The translations under genes were made by a program, and so were the position numbers. A stretch of 57,939 nucleotides of DNA, filler included, from Malassezia furfur (taxonomy: Eukaryota): NCBI GenBank assembly GCA_052055015.1. It is 3 parts of 3 records of this genome, joined end to end, with 100 filler letters (N's around TTAATTAATTAA, not from the genome) between each part and the next. Parts side by side here need not be neighbours in the genome. Positions count along the whole stretch, not along the records: positions 19,375 to 38,609 come from JBQJIT010000194.1; 2 more parts are not named here. The stretch is one strand, 5' to 3'. The notes beneath the pieces are model-generated. The model did not search any database, was not told the origin of the DNA, and was given only the letters and a program-made list of their open reading frames with translations. Shown here piece after piece: positions 20,892 to 31,782 of the stretch (position 1 is the first letter of the stretch; each line of letters begins with the position of its first letter).

Positions 20892-21504
20892 CCCCACCGA
20901 CACGGTCGTTGGCTCACGGATCGTAGGAGACAAGCGGGATTGGACCGGTGTGCGCCCTGCTTCTCCTACAACGCCCGTCGGTCCAGGGTCGTGGAGCACG
21001 TCGAAGGACCTGACACCGCGTGAACTAATCGGCTGCAGGCGACCTACGCCCTCCGCTCAATATAGGCACCCGCCCAAATACGGGGCTGCGCCGCCGCGCG
21101 CACGAGTATCTTGGGCGTTTCTGCAGCAACACGCATACTTCCCAACCACCTAGCAGGGACCCAACACACCGCCCCTCTTTCCTCTCTCCCCCCAACCTCA
21201 GGTCCCTACGTCATTTGTGCCGCTCGCCTGCGACGGTGCTGCGGCACACGGCCGGCTGCGACGCGCGCGGACCCCTCCTCGGTGCAAACGCGCATGCGGT
21301 AGGAGGCATCCACCAATCACCGCATGGCCCTGGCCAGCGATAAATTAAGCTTCATTCTCTAAATGGAAGAATCGGTCATATGCAAAGGGGAATTACGCAC
21401 AGGTAACGTCATAAGGACACTGCGCGCGTTTGGCATCGGCCAATGAGCTATGTGTACAATCGGGGCGATCGGGCTGTCCCTGCGGCGTGCCCCACTCGAG
21501 GCCC

Positions 21505-22957
21505 TTACGTCGCGCGGTAGCCTAAGCGATGCACCCACGCAGCGAGGTCGACAGGACGCGCCTCCGACTGGCGCACGTACGCGTGGTCGCGCAGCGCCAT
21601 GGGTGTCGGACGCACCGCAGGATCCTTGCTCAGGCACAAGTTGACGAACTCGACCATCAGCGGCGGGAAGTGCATCTCAGGGTTCAGCCGGGGCGGGGGC
21701 TCGTAGACAATGTGCTGTAGCAGTTCCAAGATGCTCATCGGCTGTGCCTGGCGCGGTGCACGCGTGTCCCGCGTACCCCTGCCGGCATTCGCGGCGGTCG
21801 TGGTGCTCTGGCCGGGCGCATGCAGGGTATCCTCTTCCCCATCGAGCGCAAAGGGGAAGCATCCGTGCGCCAGCTCAATCATGGTGATCCCGAGCGACCA
21901 CACGTCCGACTTGATGCTGTATTGGTCGCCTTGAATCCGCTCCGGCTGCCGTCAGTCTCCCACACCTCGCGCGCACTTACACTCATGTACGTGCTCGTTC
22001 CTACAAACGTGTCGGCGATCGAATTGATCAGCTCGCCCGACACGCCAAAGTCGCACAGTTTGATTTCGCCGCGCAAATTCACCAGGATGTTGCTCGGCTT
22101 GACGTCGCGGTGGATGATGCGGTGTACCTCGTACAGATACGAAAGCCCCTGCACCACCGTAACCACAATCTTCCCACACACATCGACGTCAATGGCACCG
22201 TGCTTCGAGTAGATAGAGTCGAGCGAGCCGGCGTCCATGTACTCCATGCACATGTAGATATGAATGTCACTCAGGCACGCCCCGTAGAAGCCCACAATGT
22301 ACTGCGACTGGCACTCGTGCAGGATCTGCAGCTCGCGCAGGATCTGCTTGCGCACCTCGGGCTTGGCATCGATGAAAACGACCTGTGTGAGTAGGGAACA
22401 CGCACCTTTTTTGCCATCACGATGCCGGTCGGGATGTGCACCACCTTGCTTACCGTGCCGCCGTTGCCAGCGCCCAGCTCACACAGCGTACGCAGGTTGC
22501 TGTTCTTCAGCTCGAGGCGCTGCGCGGCATCCTCTTCCGACTGCAGGCTCAGACCGTTGAGGCGATGCGACAGATCGTTCGATCCTTGGCTGCTCCCCGT
22601 CGAGCTGTGGCCCGACGAGTGCTGCGTGCTGGACCCCGAGCCATTCAACGTCTTGGACACCGCCTCCGGCCCTGCGTCCGATCCAGGGTGCGCCGACGAC
22701 GTGGGATGCCGCAGCGTCGGAGAGAACCAGTCTGGCAGCTCCAGCCGCGTTGCCGCACGCGGGCCGAGCGCAATCCCCGCCAGGTTATCGTACGCAGTGC
22801 TGTCTTGAGGCTCTTCGAGCGGGCGCATGAGTCGTGTGAAGCTGCGCCCGGACTCGTCGAGTGGCGAGACATGCTCTGCATGCGACACCGAGGTATCTTT
22901 CAGGAGAAGGCCTTTGAAGTTGCGCGTCTTGCGCTTCGGGGCCGTGGACCCGAGCAT
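21505..22957 (-). CDS. STE7: MAP kinase kinase of the pheromone pathway (Ste7/Fuz7), 2 introns
   Basis: Docking motif [53 protein letters not shown]^PERI; introns 22383-22405, 21946-21980. Confidence 0.93.
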
Positions 22958-23084
22958 GATGTCGCACCGCACGGTCTTTGTGTCGAAAAGCTGTCCGATC
23001 TGGTTTTTCCGAACCCCACGCACACGCCACGCCACGCCTGCCAGGGCAGGCGTGCGTACGCACGTGGTTGGTTGTTAGAAATAG

Positions 23085-24140
23085 CTACGGCCATAAGGTA
23101 CGCCTGCGTTCGGCACGCCAGACGTACCAGGGTAGGAGCCAGGAACGCTGCTGACTGCGTGCGTCGTAGGGGTTAAAGTCGTACTTTTCGAGCCGCTTGA
23201 GGAACTCGCGCGTGTGAACCGCCATCAGCATGGGCGGCACAGCCGCTGCAGGCATGCGGCCCCCGTACGCATCCCGCAGCTGCGTCTGCGCCGTGATCAG
23301 GTAGTCGTTGGCGCGTGTCGCCGTGTAGAAAATCGCATCCCGCAGTCCGTGCGCATGGATGCCGTTGCGGAAGACGTCCTCCTGTGTCACGTTAAACTCC
23401 AGCAAATACTCCAGAGGAAGCGGCAGCGTCGGTGTGCGTGGCACTACATTGCCTTGGGGGGCATAGCGCGAGCCGCCGGCCATGCCGGGTATATTGCCAC
23501 CGCCAGTGCGCGGGCGTGCGGGGGGGTGCGTGTGGAAGGGCAGTGAGCCAACCAGGATGCTCAGGCCCATCGCCTTCCCGAGGTGCGAAAAGATCTCGTC
23601 GACGGGCCGCTCCGAAATGCCTTGCAGGTTGAGCAGGAGATAGAGCATGCGCGACGAGGTGGACTCGGCGTACTGCTCCAGCTCCGCCAGCGACGGCGGC
23701 GCAAGGGGATCGCCTAGGTCTGCTTCGCGCGCATCGATGATCGCGAGAAAGTGGTCCTCAACCAGACCACCGGTCGCAGCGACGCGCGGATCAAACACGG
23801 CGTCGCGCAGCCCGAGGGCGACGGGGTGCTTGGGCGGGCGGTCCTGATAGATGCCGTGAATGGCATCGCGCCACCACTGCATACGGACGCGCCCGACCAG
23901 TTCGTTGCTGACCACGTCCTTGATCGACGCAAGCTCGACGTGGAAGGCGCGCAGCGCGAAGAAATGTGGCTGAAGCGCGCGAGGGTACGCGAAGTGCGTC
24001 AAAAAGGCAGGGTAGTCGCGCGTGCGCACCGTGTCCTTGAGCGACTGCTCGACTGACACGGGTGCTTTTGCCTGAGTGCTCGCATAACGAGCGAGCGGGG
24101 CCTGTCCCGCAGCAACGGGCACGGCACGGCGCACGAGCAT
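23085..24140 (-). CDS. NDUFAF6: Complex I assembly factor NDUFAF6 (squalene/phytoene synthase-like fold)
   Basis: Mitochondrial presequence, FFALRAFHVELASIKD..GRVRMQWWRDAI..PPKHPVA, IIDAREADL, YAESTSS, LKRLEKYDFN. Confidence 0.9.
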   Translation of the reverse strand: MLVRRAVPVAAGQAPLARYASTQAKAPVSVEQSLKDTVRTRDYPAFLTHFAYPRALQPHFFALRAFHVELASIKDVVSNELVGRVRMQWWRDAIHGIYQDRPPKHPVALGLRDAVFDPRVAATGGLVEDHFLAIIDAREADLGDPLAPPSLAELEQYAESTSSRMLYLLLNLQGISERPVDEIFSHLGKAMGLSILVGSLPFHTHPPARPRTGGGNIPGMAGGSRYAPQGNVVPRTPTLPLPLEYLLEFNVTQEDVFRNGIHAHGLRDAIFYTATRANDYLITAQTQLRDAYGGRMPAAAVPPMLMAVHTREFLKRLEKYDFNPYDARSQQRSWLLPWYVWRAERRRTLWP

Positions 24141-24198
24141 CGCACAGACAAGGTAGGACAAATTGGCAGAATTTCCTTAGTCAGCCTTCTCCGACGCC

Positions 24199-25809
24199 AT
24201 GGCCACGACTGCGGGGTCGGAGGCCAAGGCCGACGACGAGCACACCAACACCCCCCCTTTGACCGACACCGATGACCCCTCTACCGCGGCCGATGTGCCT
24301 CCCAACGAACGCGCAGCGGCGGCGCCAAAGCGCGCACATCCCGCGTCTGATGCAGAAAACGACGTGAGCGCCGACGAAGATACCCCTGCGAAGCGTCCGG
24401 CGCGCGCGTTCGAAGCGATGTCGTTCGTGCGCGCGACGTCGTCCGATGCCTTCTTCCTGTCCAACTCTCACCGGCGAAACTTTGCGAGCCGCAAGCTCGG
24501 GCGGGACCTGCTACGTGGCACGTCCGGTAAGCGCATCTCGGAACTGCTGGGGCCGCTCGACATCACGCAGCTGCCGCGCATCGCGCTCGATGCACTGGAC
24601 GACGGGCCGCCGGACCCGCCTGCGCGCACGGCCCAGTCGCGCCTGGCGCTTGCGCTGCAGATGCGGCCGGAGCGGACGGCGATGTACATTGCACAGCTGC
24701 TGGGCGGCTTCCATCTGATCCTCTACGGCGTCGGCGACCGCCTCCCCGTGGTGCGGCACCTCGTTGAGAAGGCCGCTGAAGAGCACGAGGGCGCCATGGT
24801 ACTCATCCAGGGCGCCGCGGGGCGCGCGCTCAACGTCGACCGCGTGCTGGACGCCATCGAATCGGCGATCCATGCGCAGCTTCCTACCGATCCGCCGCTC
24901 GAGGTGCAGTCCACGCACGGCTCGGCGCGCATGTCACGCCTGACGCAGCATATTGCGCGCATCGTGCACATACTGCATCACGCCAACGTGCACCCTGGCC
25001 ACACGCACCCCCGCCATCTGTTTCTGGGCGTCGTTGCATTTGACCACCCACTCATCCACACGTCGCGGCTGCACACGCTGTTCCACGCCCTGGCACGGTG
25101 CCCCTACGTGCACATCTGTGCCTCGGTGACGCATGTACAGGCAGGCCTCGTGCTCGACGGTGCTTCGGGCCAGTTTGGCCAGGGGCTCTCGTCGCATGCC
25201 GAGGAGGTCGAGCGCGACGGCACATTACCTATGCGCGATGTACGCGCCGCGTGGCTCTGGCACCACTGCACAACGTATGTGCCGCCCGTGGTCGAAATGC
25301 TACACTCGCGTGGCGCGACGATGACTTCGTCGACATCAGCGTCGGCGCAGTTTTCCGGCCTCGCGACGCTCAAGCTGCCGGCCGCGCTCGACTTGGCCGG
25401 CCGGGGCGCCAAGATGCCGACGGCGCCCGGTGCGGTGTCCTCGGCGCCGATCTCGCAAAAGGCGGCGCTGCAGGTGCTCAATACCATCACCGCGCGCGCG
25501 CGGACGCTGTTTACGCAGCTGGCGCTCCTGCAGCTCTCGTCTGCGGACCAGGCGAGCGGCGAGGAGGAGGCGTCGATTCCGCGCACGGCGTACGCGGCGC
25601 TGGTGCGCGAGGCGACGCGCGAGTTTACTGCGTCGAGTGACGAAGGCGTCAAGCAGCTGCTCAGCGAGATGGTCGACCACGGCCTCGTCCTCGTCTTCCG
25701 CGGACCTGCGCCGATCACCAGCAGCCACGCGATTGCGGCGGGCGACGAGCTGCTCATACCCCTGGCGCCCCCCGTGCTCGAGGAGGTGCTTGCGCAGGTA
25801 GACACGTAA
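24199..25809 (+). CDS. ORC2: Origin recognition complex subunit 2 (divergent)
   Basis: SSDAFF, GFHLILYGVGDR, HICASVTH, WLWHHCTTYVP, winged-helix LLSEMVDHGLV..LLIPL. Confidence 0.8.
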   Translation: MATTAGSEAKADDEHTNTPPLTDTDDPSTAADVPPNERAAAAPKRAHPASDAENDVSADEDTPAKRPARAFEAMSFVRATSSDAFFLSNSHRRNFASRKLGRDLLRGTSGKRISELLGPLDITQLPRIALDALDDGPPDPPARTAQSRLALALQMRPERTAMYIAQLLGGFHLILYGVGDRLPVVRHLVEKAAEEHEGAMVLIQGAAGRALNVDRVLDAIESAIHAQLPTDPPLEVQSTHGSARMSRLTQHIARIVHILHHANVHPGHTHPRHLFLGVVAFDHPLIHTSRLHTLFHALARCPYVHICASVTHVQAGLVLDGASGQFGQGLSSHAEEVERDGTLPMRDVRAAWLWHHCTTYVPPVVEMLHSRGATMTSSTSASAQFSGLATLKLPAALDLAGRGAKMPTAPGAVSSAPISQKAALQVLNTITARARTLFTQLALLQLSSADQASGEEEASIPRTAYAALVREATREFTASSDEGVKQLLSEMVDHGLVLVFRGPAPITSSHAIAAGDELLIPLAPPVLEEVLAQVDT

Positions 25810-26109
25810 GCCGACAGTCGTATGCACAGGCTATGGCATTCGAAGAAATAGGGAAGGAAGGGGACGGGGGGAGAGACTGAACTCGGACACGAGAGACACC
25901 CAAGGCACCTATCGCATGCCATCGGGCCTGCCGCCCGCGGCATACGCGCAATTAGTGGCGCGCCCACCATGCGTGGAGTCGCTGCCAGAGCGACGCGTCA
26001 GTGCGCGAACGCTGCAGCTTGTCCGAAAGGGTGCGTTGCACCCACTTGACCAGGCTGTCGTCTTCCTGCGACGAGGCAAAAAGACGCAACCGACCAGTCC
26101 CTCCCCTAC

Positions 26110-27132
26110 TCAAAAAAACAGGTACGTCACAGCAAACACGCCCACCGCAATCGCAGCGACAATGTGCACCGGCACGCCGCTGCTCTTTTGCATCACCGCA
26201 CCGCTGCGCGTCGCCGCGCCGCCCTGCGCGGCCGCAAGCTGCGAGCGCAGACGCACAATCTCGGCCTCGAGCTCGGCAGGCGTACGCGCCTGCACACCGG
26301 CCGGCACCGCCGAGCCGCTGGTGACCGGCACCGAGCTCACCGGCACCGCACCGCTGGGGCTCGGGGCGTAGCCGGGCGAGACGTAGCTCGTCGTGACCGT
26401 CTGGGGCGACGAGGTCACGCCGTTGAGGCTCGCCATGGTGATCGGCGGCTCAGCACCCGCCGTGCGCGTCGTGTTGGTCATGTACGAAGGCGACGAGGTC
26501 GTCTCGGTGCCGAGCATCTTGGCACCCTGGTCGCGCACCGCGGCGTAGGCAGCGCCCGCGCCCGCCGCCGTGGCCGAGCCAGCCGCGACAGCGGCCGCCT
26601 TGGCACGGTCGAGCGTGCTCTGCTCATCGTTCGCGTTCGAGACGCTTTCCTCGTTCTCCTCAGGCACCGTCGCGCTCGAGGGGGGCAGGAAGACACAGCG
26701 GATCTTGTGCTCCGAGATGTGCTCCTTGTCGCGCTCCTGCATCGCCCAGAACTCGGTCATCGGCAGCGTCTCCTTGTCGGCGGTAATCACGGCGCTCTGC
26801 ACAAGGAACTTGTCGCGGCACTTGGCGCTCGTCGGCGGCTCCTCCTTGAAGGGCTGGAGCAGGACCTGCACCTCGATGCGCTCACCGGCCTCGATACGGC
26901 CCGAGTTGGGGCGCACGCAGTACTGCTTCGGCGCCGTCGTCTTCACCTTGAAGGCGACCGGCTGCGAGTTGGAGTTGGTCACAGTCAGCGAGCGCTTGAC
27001 GACCTGCGTCAGAGGACCTGAAATCGTCAGCTCTTATCCAGCAAACTTACGCGGGAAGCCAAGCTGTGCGTGGGGGCTAATTCTGCCGTGTTAGCTCGCC
27101 GTCCAGACACTCCCAACCTACTCAACAGACAT
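26110..27132 (-). CDS. SCS2: VAP/Scs2 ER MSP-domain tail-anchored protein, 2 introns
   Basis: MSVE^ISPHAQLGFP^RPLTQVVKRSL, VAFKVKTTAPKQYCVRPNSG, CRDKFLVQS, C-terminal TM ..TYLFF*; introns 27083-27121, 27018-27050. Confidence 0.95.
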
Positions 27133-27476
27133 CACCGAACGACGCAGGGCAGAAGGGATAGAATCCGCGGTGCCTCCCCGCGAGCCTACGCATCTCTCGG
27201 CCGGGCAAGCGCCGTCCTGCGCTGGGGGGTTCGCCGCGCGGCATGCATGTGGCTTGTGGGGCGAGATTCTCCTTGAACTTGTGTGATTGGTCACATGGCG
27301 ATCTCTTAGGTCGCGTGTGCAACCACTCGAGGTCGTCCGGCCCTCGGCTCGTGGCCAACTCGGCCGATCGCCCCTGCACGGCGACCAGCGACGAATTTCA
27401 TGCATGTGGAGCGCCAGGGCGGCGCCCCGGCGGCGTGGATGCGGGGTACCTCGCCGGCCGTAACTGCGACCTTAAC

Positions 27477-28598
27477 ATGACCAACTCGAGTGCGGACTTC
27501 TTGCGTCTGATTGGCGTGCGAAAGACCAACGATCCTTGGGTGTTCGAGGCCGTCTCGCTCCCTGGGCGTGCAGGCAACCAGCAGCCGATTGCCTACGGCG
27601 GCTGCGCCATGGCCACCGCACTCAACGCTGCGGGTCAGACAATCAAACCGGAGCCCCGCTTCGTGCCCTACTCGGTCACTGGCCACTTCCTTGGTCCTGC
27701 GACGCTCGATGAGCGCTATGTATGTGAAGTGAAGCCCGTGCGCGACACGCGCTCGTTCATCACTCGCTATGTCACCGTCAAGCAAAAAATCAAGGGCGAG
27801 ATGCGATCGGTGCTTGCATTGACCTTGGACATGATCGCCTCCAAGCTCTCGACGCGCGAGGCACTCGACCGTGCCAAGGCGACAGGGAAGGAACCCGCTA
27901 AGGTGCAGTCGCTGCTGCGTTACCAGCCAAATGCGAAGACCCAGCTTGACAATGTGCTCAAGCTCGAGAACAGCGAGCGTTTCACGAAGCGACTTCTCGA
28001 GACAGGCGAAGCGGAAGAGTTCCACATTACCATGTACAACGAGTTCCTGGGCCTGTGGAACGACCTGTTTGATACCCGCATTGTGCCTGAGAGCATCATG
28101 ACACAAAACATGCTGGGTATGAAGGAGGGACCCACGTCGCAGGATCACCTGTCCATCCCCGACCGTCGGGTGTTTGACTGGTTCAAACTCTTCCAGAAGC
28201 TCCCCCCCGCAGATCAGGGGAACCAGCTAACCGAGGGCGGCCCAGACGGCCAGCTGCCGCAGACGACGGTCATGTCGCACCTTTGTGCCATGGCCTTTGC
28301 CATGGATGGCGCCCTGGCATTCGCGCCCATGTCGCTGAGCAACGAGCAGTTACTCAAGGCGGGTGCGGCATCGACGCTCGATTTTGCGCAGCGCTACCAC
28401 ACGGATGTGATTGACGTGAACAAGTGGATGCTGCGCGAGCTCCAGTCGATCACTGCAGGATGGCAGCGCACCTTCTCCCAGGCCCAAGCGTTTGACGAGG
28501 ACGGCGAGCTAATTGCCTCGTGTTCGCAGCAGTGTGTGCTGCGTGCTGCGCCCGGTGTTCTCGACGACGACGACGACGAACCCAAGTCGAAGCTCTAA
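27477..28598 (+). CDS. Peroxisomal acyl-CoA thioesterase II (TesB/ACOT8 family), copy 1
   Basis: AYGG, YSVTGHFLGP, VRDTRSF, AFAMDG, STLDFAQRYH, SCSQQ; ends SKL (PTS1). Confidence 0.9.
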   Translation: MTNSSADFLRLIGVRKTNDPWVFEAVSLPGRAGNQQPIAYGGCAMATALNAAGQTIKPEPRFVPYSVTGHFLGPATLDERYVCEVKPVRDTRSFITRYVTVKQKIKGEMRSVLALTLDMIASKLSTREALDRAKATGKEPAKVQSLLRYQPNAKTQLDNVLKLENSERFTKRLLETGEAEEFHITMYNEFLGLWNDLFDTRIVPESIMTQNMLGMKEGPTSQDHLSIPDRRVFDWFKLFQKLPPADQGNQLTEGGPDGQLPQTTVMSHLCAMAFAMDGALAFAPMSLSNEQLLKAGAASTLDFAQRYHTDVIDVNKWMLRELQSITAGWQRTFSQAQAFDEDGELIASCSQQCVLRAAPGVLDDDDDEPKSKL

Positions 28599-28895
28599 GA
28601 GTTATCTTCCGAGGTTTGGTTGATGATACAGTAGATGGTCAGATCAACCACCAGCAATGATTTGCGTAGCACGAGAGCCTTGTATTTGTGTCACTCATGT
28701 CCTGTTGACATGGGTGCCTGTAAGCCAATTAGGTGGCCCAGTGAGGGTCATTTTCGTCAGTCAGGGGCACGGACCATCTCCGGCTTCCGGATAAGCGACT
28801 GCCGTGCGACCGCCTGACTCCACGTGAGGGACGTTTTTTGGATGGTTCCTGTCAGAGTGCGGGGGTAATTCCTTGCCGGATCCTGGAGTGCCACC

Positions 28896-30029
28896 ATGAC
28901 GTCTGCCGAATCCGACTTTCTGCGCCTGATTGCTGTCCGGAAAACGAACGATCCGTGGGTGTTCGAAGCCGTCTCGCTCCCAGGCCGCGCAGGCAACCAG
29001 CAGCCGATTGCCTACGGCGGCTGTGCGATTGCGACCGCGCTGAACGCGGCCGGCCAGACGATCAAGGCGGAGCCGCGCTTCGTTCCGTACTCGGTCACCG
29101 GCCACTTCTTGGGCCCCGCATCGCTCGATGAGCGCTACGTGTGCGAGGTGCAAGCGGTGCGCGACACGCGCTCGTTTGCGACGCGCTACGTCACCGTGAA
29201 GCAAAAGATCAAGGGCGAGATGCGCTCGGTGCTGGCGCTGACCCTGGATATGATCGCCTCGAAGCTGTCCACCCGTGAGGCACTGGACCGTGCACAGGCC
29301 ACAGGAAAGGAGGCGGCCAAGGTGCAGTCGCTGCTGCGTTATCAGCCGAACGCCAAGACGGAGCTCGACAACATCGTGAAGCTCGAGTCGAGTGACGAGC
29401 ACCTGAAGCGGCGTCTGGACTCGGGCGACGTCGACGAGTTCCAGATCCAGGCATACCACGAGTTCCTGGGTCTGTGGAACAAGGTGTTTGATACGCGCAT
29501 TGTGCTCGAGAGCATCATGACGCAGAACCTGTTTGGCTTGAAGGAGTGCGAGACATCGCAGGACCACCTGTCCATCCCCGACCGCCGGGTGTTTGACTGG
29601 TTCCGCCTGTTCCAGAGCCTGCCGCCTGCGCGCGAAGGCAATCAGCTCACTGCTGGTGGGCCGGACGGCCAGTTGCCGCAGACGACGGTCATGGCACACC
29701 TGTGTGCCGTGGCGTTTGCGCTGGATGGTGGCCTGGCATTTGCGCCCATCTCGCTGAGCAACGAACAGATGTTCAAGGCGGGTGCCGCGTCGACGCTTGA
29801 CTTTGCGCAGCGCTACCACACGGATGTGATTGACGCGAACAAGTGGATGCTGCGCGAGATTCAGTCGGTCACGGCCGGGTGGCAGCGCACCTTTTCCGAG
29901 GCGCAGGTGTTTGACCAGGACGGCGAGCTGGTTGCCTCGTGTTCGCAGCAGTGTGTGCTGCGTGCAGCTCCCGGCGCGCTCGACGACGACGACGACGACG
30001 AGGGCCGTGGCCCGACGGCGAAGCTGTAG
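28896..30029 (+). CDS. Peroxisomal acyl-CoA thioesterase II, tandem copy 2
   Basis: Collinear paralog of 27477-28598 with the same motifs; ends AKL (PTS1). Confidence 0.9.
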   Translation: MTSAESDFLRLIAVRKTNDPWVFEAVSLPGRAGNQQPIAYGGCAIATALNAAGQTIKAEPRFVPYSVTGHFLGPASLDERYVCEVQAVRDTRSFATRYVTVKQKIKGEMRSVLALTLDMIASKLSTREALDRAQATGKEAAKVQSLLRYQPNAKTELDNIVKLESSDEHLKRRLDSGDVDEFQIQAYHEFLGLWNKVFDTRIVLESIMTQNLFGLKECETSQDHLSIPDRRVFDWFRLFQSLPPAREGNQLTAGGPDGQLPQTTVMAHLCAVAFALDGGLAFAPISLSNEQMFKAGAASTLDFAQRYHTDVIDANKWMLREIQSVTAGWQRTFSEAQVFDQDGELVASCSQQCVLRAAPGALDDDDDDEGRGPTAKL

Positions 30030-30112
30030 AGGCGGTATGCTCCGTAGCCTCGCATGGCGCGCTTCGCGTTTCGATATGCTGGTTCCTACAAACGGCTTGG
30101 GGGTGTGCCACA

Positions 30113-31695
30113 CTACTTGGCGTCGTCCGTGACGCTCGGCTTGTTCTCCTGTGCATCCTCCTCGGTCTTGGGCGCCTTGCGCGAGTAGTACTCCTTGATG
30201 ATCTTGGGGCTGATACGGTTGAGCATCTCCTTGGGCATGATGCGCAGCAGCGACCAGCCGAGGTCGAGCGAGTCAAAGATCGTACGGGTCTCGTAAGCAC
30301 CCTGGGTGACGAACTCGCGGTCGAAGCGCTCCATGAACTCGAGCGTGAGCTTGTCCTCCTGGCTCAGGGCGTCCTCACCGACGACTGCCTTCATCGACGC
30401 CGCGTCACGGCCCGTGGCGTACGCCGCGTACATCTGGTTCGACACATCGGCGTGGTCGGCGCGCGTGTGCTTCGCGCCGATGGCGCTCTTCATCAGACGC
30501 GAGAGCGACGGCAGGACGTTGATCGGCGGGTACACCTGCCGGTTGTATAGGTGGCGGTCGACGTAGATCTGGCCCTCGGTAATGTAGCCCGTCAGGTCCG
30601 GAATCGGGTGCGTCATGTCGTCGTTGGGCATCGTCAGAATGGGGATCTGCGTAATCGACCCGTTGCGCCCTGCGACACGGCCGGCGCGCTCGTAGATGCT
30701 GGCCAAGTCCGTGTACATGTAACCAGGGTAACCGCGGCGACCCGGCACCTCTTCACGCGCGGCACTGACCTCACGCAGCGCATCCGCGTACGAGGTCATG
30801 TCGGTGAGCACGACGAGGACGTGCTTCTCGAGCTGGTAGGCGAAGTACTCGGCGGTGGTGAGCGCCAGACGCGGCGTGATGATACGCTCGATCGTCGGGT
30901 CGTTGGCCAGGTTCAGGAAGAGCGTCACGCGGTCCAGCGAGCCGTTCTCCTCGAAGTCCTGCTTGAAGAAGCGCGCCGTCTCCATGTTGACACCCATCGC
31001 GGCAAACACGATGCTGAAGTTGTCCTCGTGGTCGTCGTGGACGCCCTTGCCGGGGCGCTTGACCAGGCCGGCCTGACGACAGATCTGCGCGGCAATGTCG
31101 TTGTGCGGCAGACCGGACGCGGAGAAGATGGGGATCTTTTGGCCACGCGCAATCGAGTTCATCGTGTCGATCGTCGAGATACCCGTCTGGATCATCTCCT
31201 CGGGGTAGGCACGCGAGTAGGGGTTGATCGGCGAGCCGTTGATGTCCAGGTAGTCCTCGGCGAACACGCGCGGGCCGTTGTCGATCGGCTGGCCCGAGCC
31301 GTTGAAGACACGGCCCAGCATGTCCTCGGACACGGGCAGCTTCATCGACGAGCGCGTCAGCTCAATGTGCGTCTCCTTGACGTCGACGCCGGACGTGCCC
31401 TCGAACACCTGCACAATCGCCTTGCCGCCCGACACCTCGAGGATCTGGCCGCCACGCTTCGAGCCGTCGGGCAGGGTCAGCGACACAATCTCGTTGTACG
31501 AGGGGAATTTGACATTATCGAGCACCACCAGCGGCCTATCGGTCAGCTGCGCACACGCACCCATTGATCGCCGAGACGGTCCGGTAGTCCAGGCGCGGCT
31601 CGACGTTGTAGTCCTTCACACTGCGTTAGTCACACGACGTACGCAGCCTTGGCATTCAGCTCAAAGAGCTCCTTCTCCGACAAGCGGGCCGACAT
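30113..31695 (-). CDS. VMA2: V-ATPase subunit B, 2 introns
   Basis: [13 protein letters not shown]^[44 protein letters not shown]; introns 31621-31642, 31536-31560. Confidence 0.97.
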
Positions 31696-31782
31696 CCTCG
31701 CAACGTCGGAACAGAGAGACGGTGCGGCCCGTTCCGTGGTCCCAGCGTGCTGCTTGGTCAGAAATATTTGCTCAAATCGCCC

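Noticed and set aside
21134..21145. ATACTTCCC as a U1 snRNA 5' end
   Set aside because: Does not match ATACTTACCTG, and no Sm site or U1 stems follow
27342..28614. CCTCGG/CCGAGG FarA-like fatty-acid response sites upstream of both thioesterases
   Set aside because: The hexamer is common in this GC-rich sequence and the factor is characterised in ascomycetes
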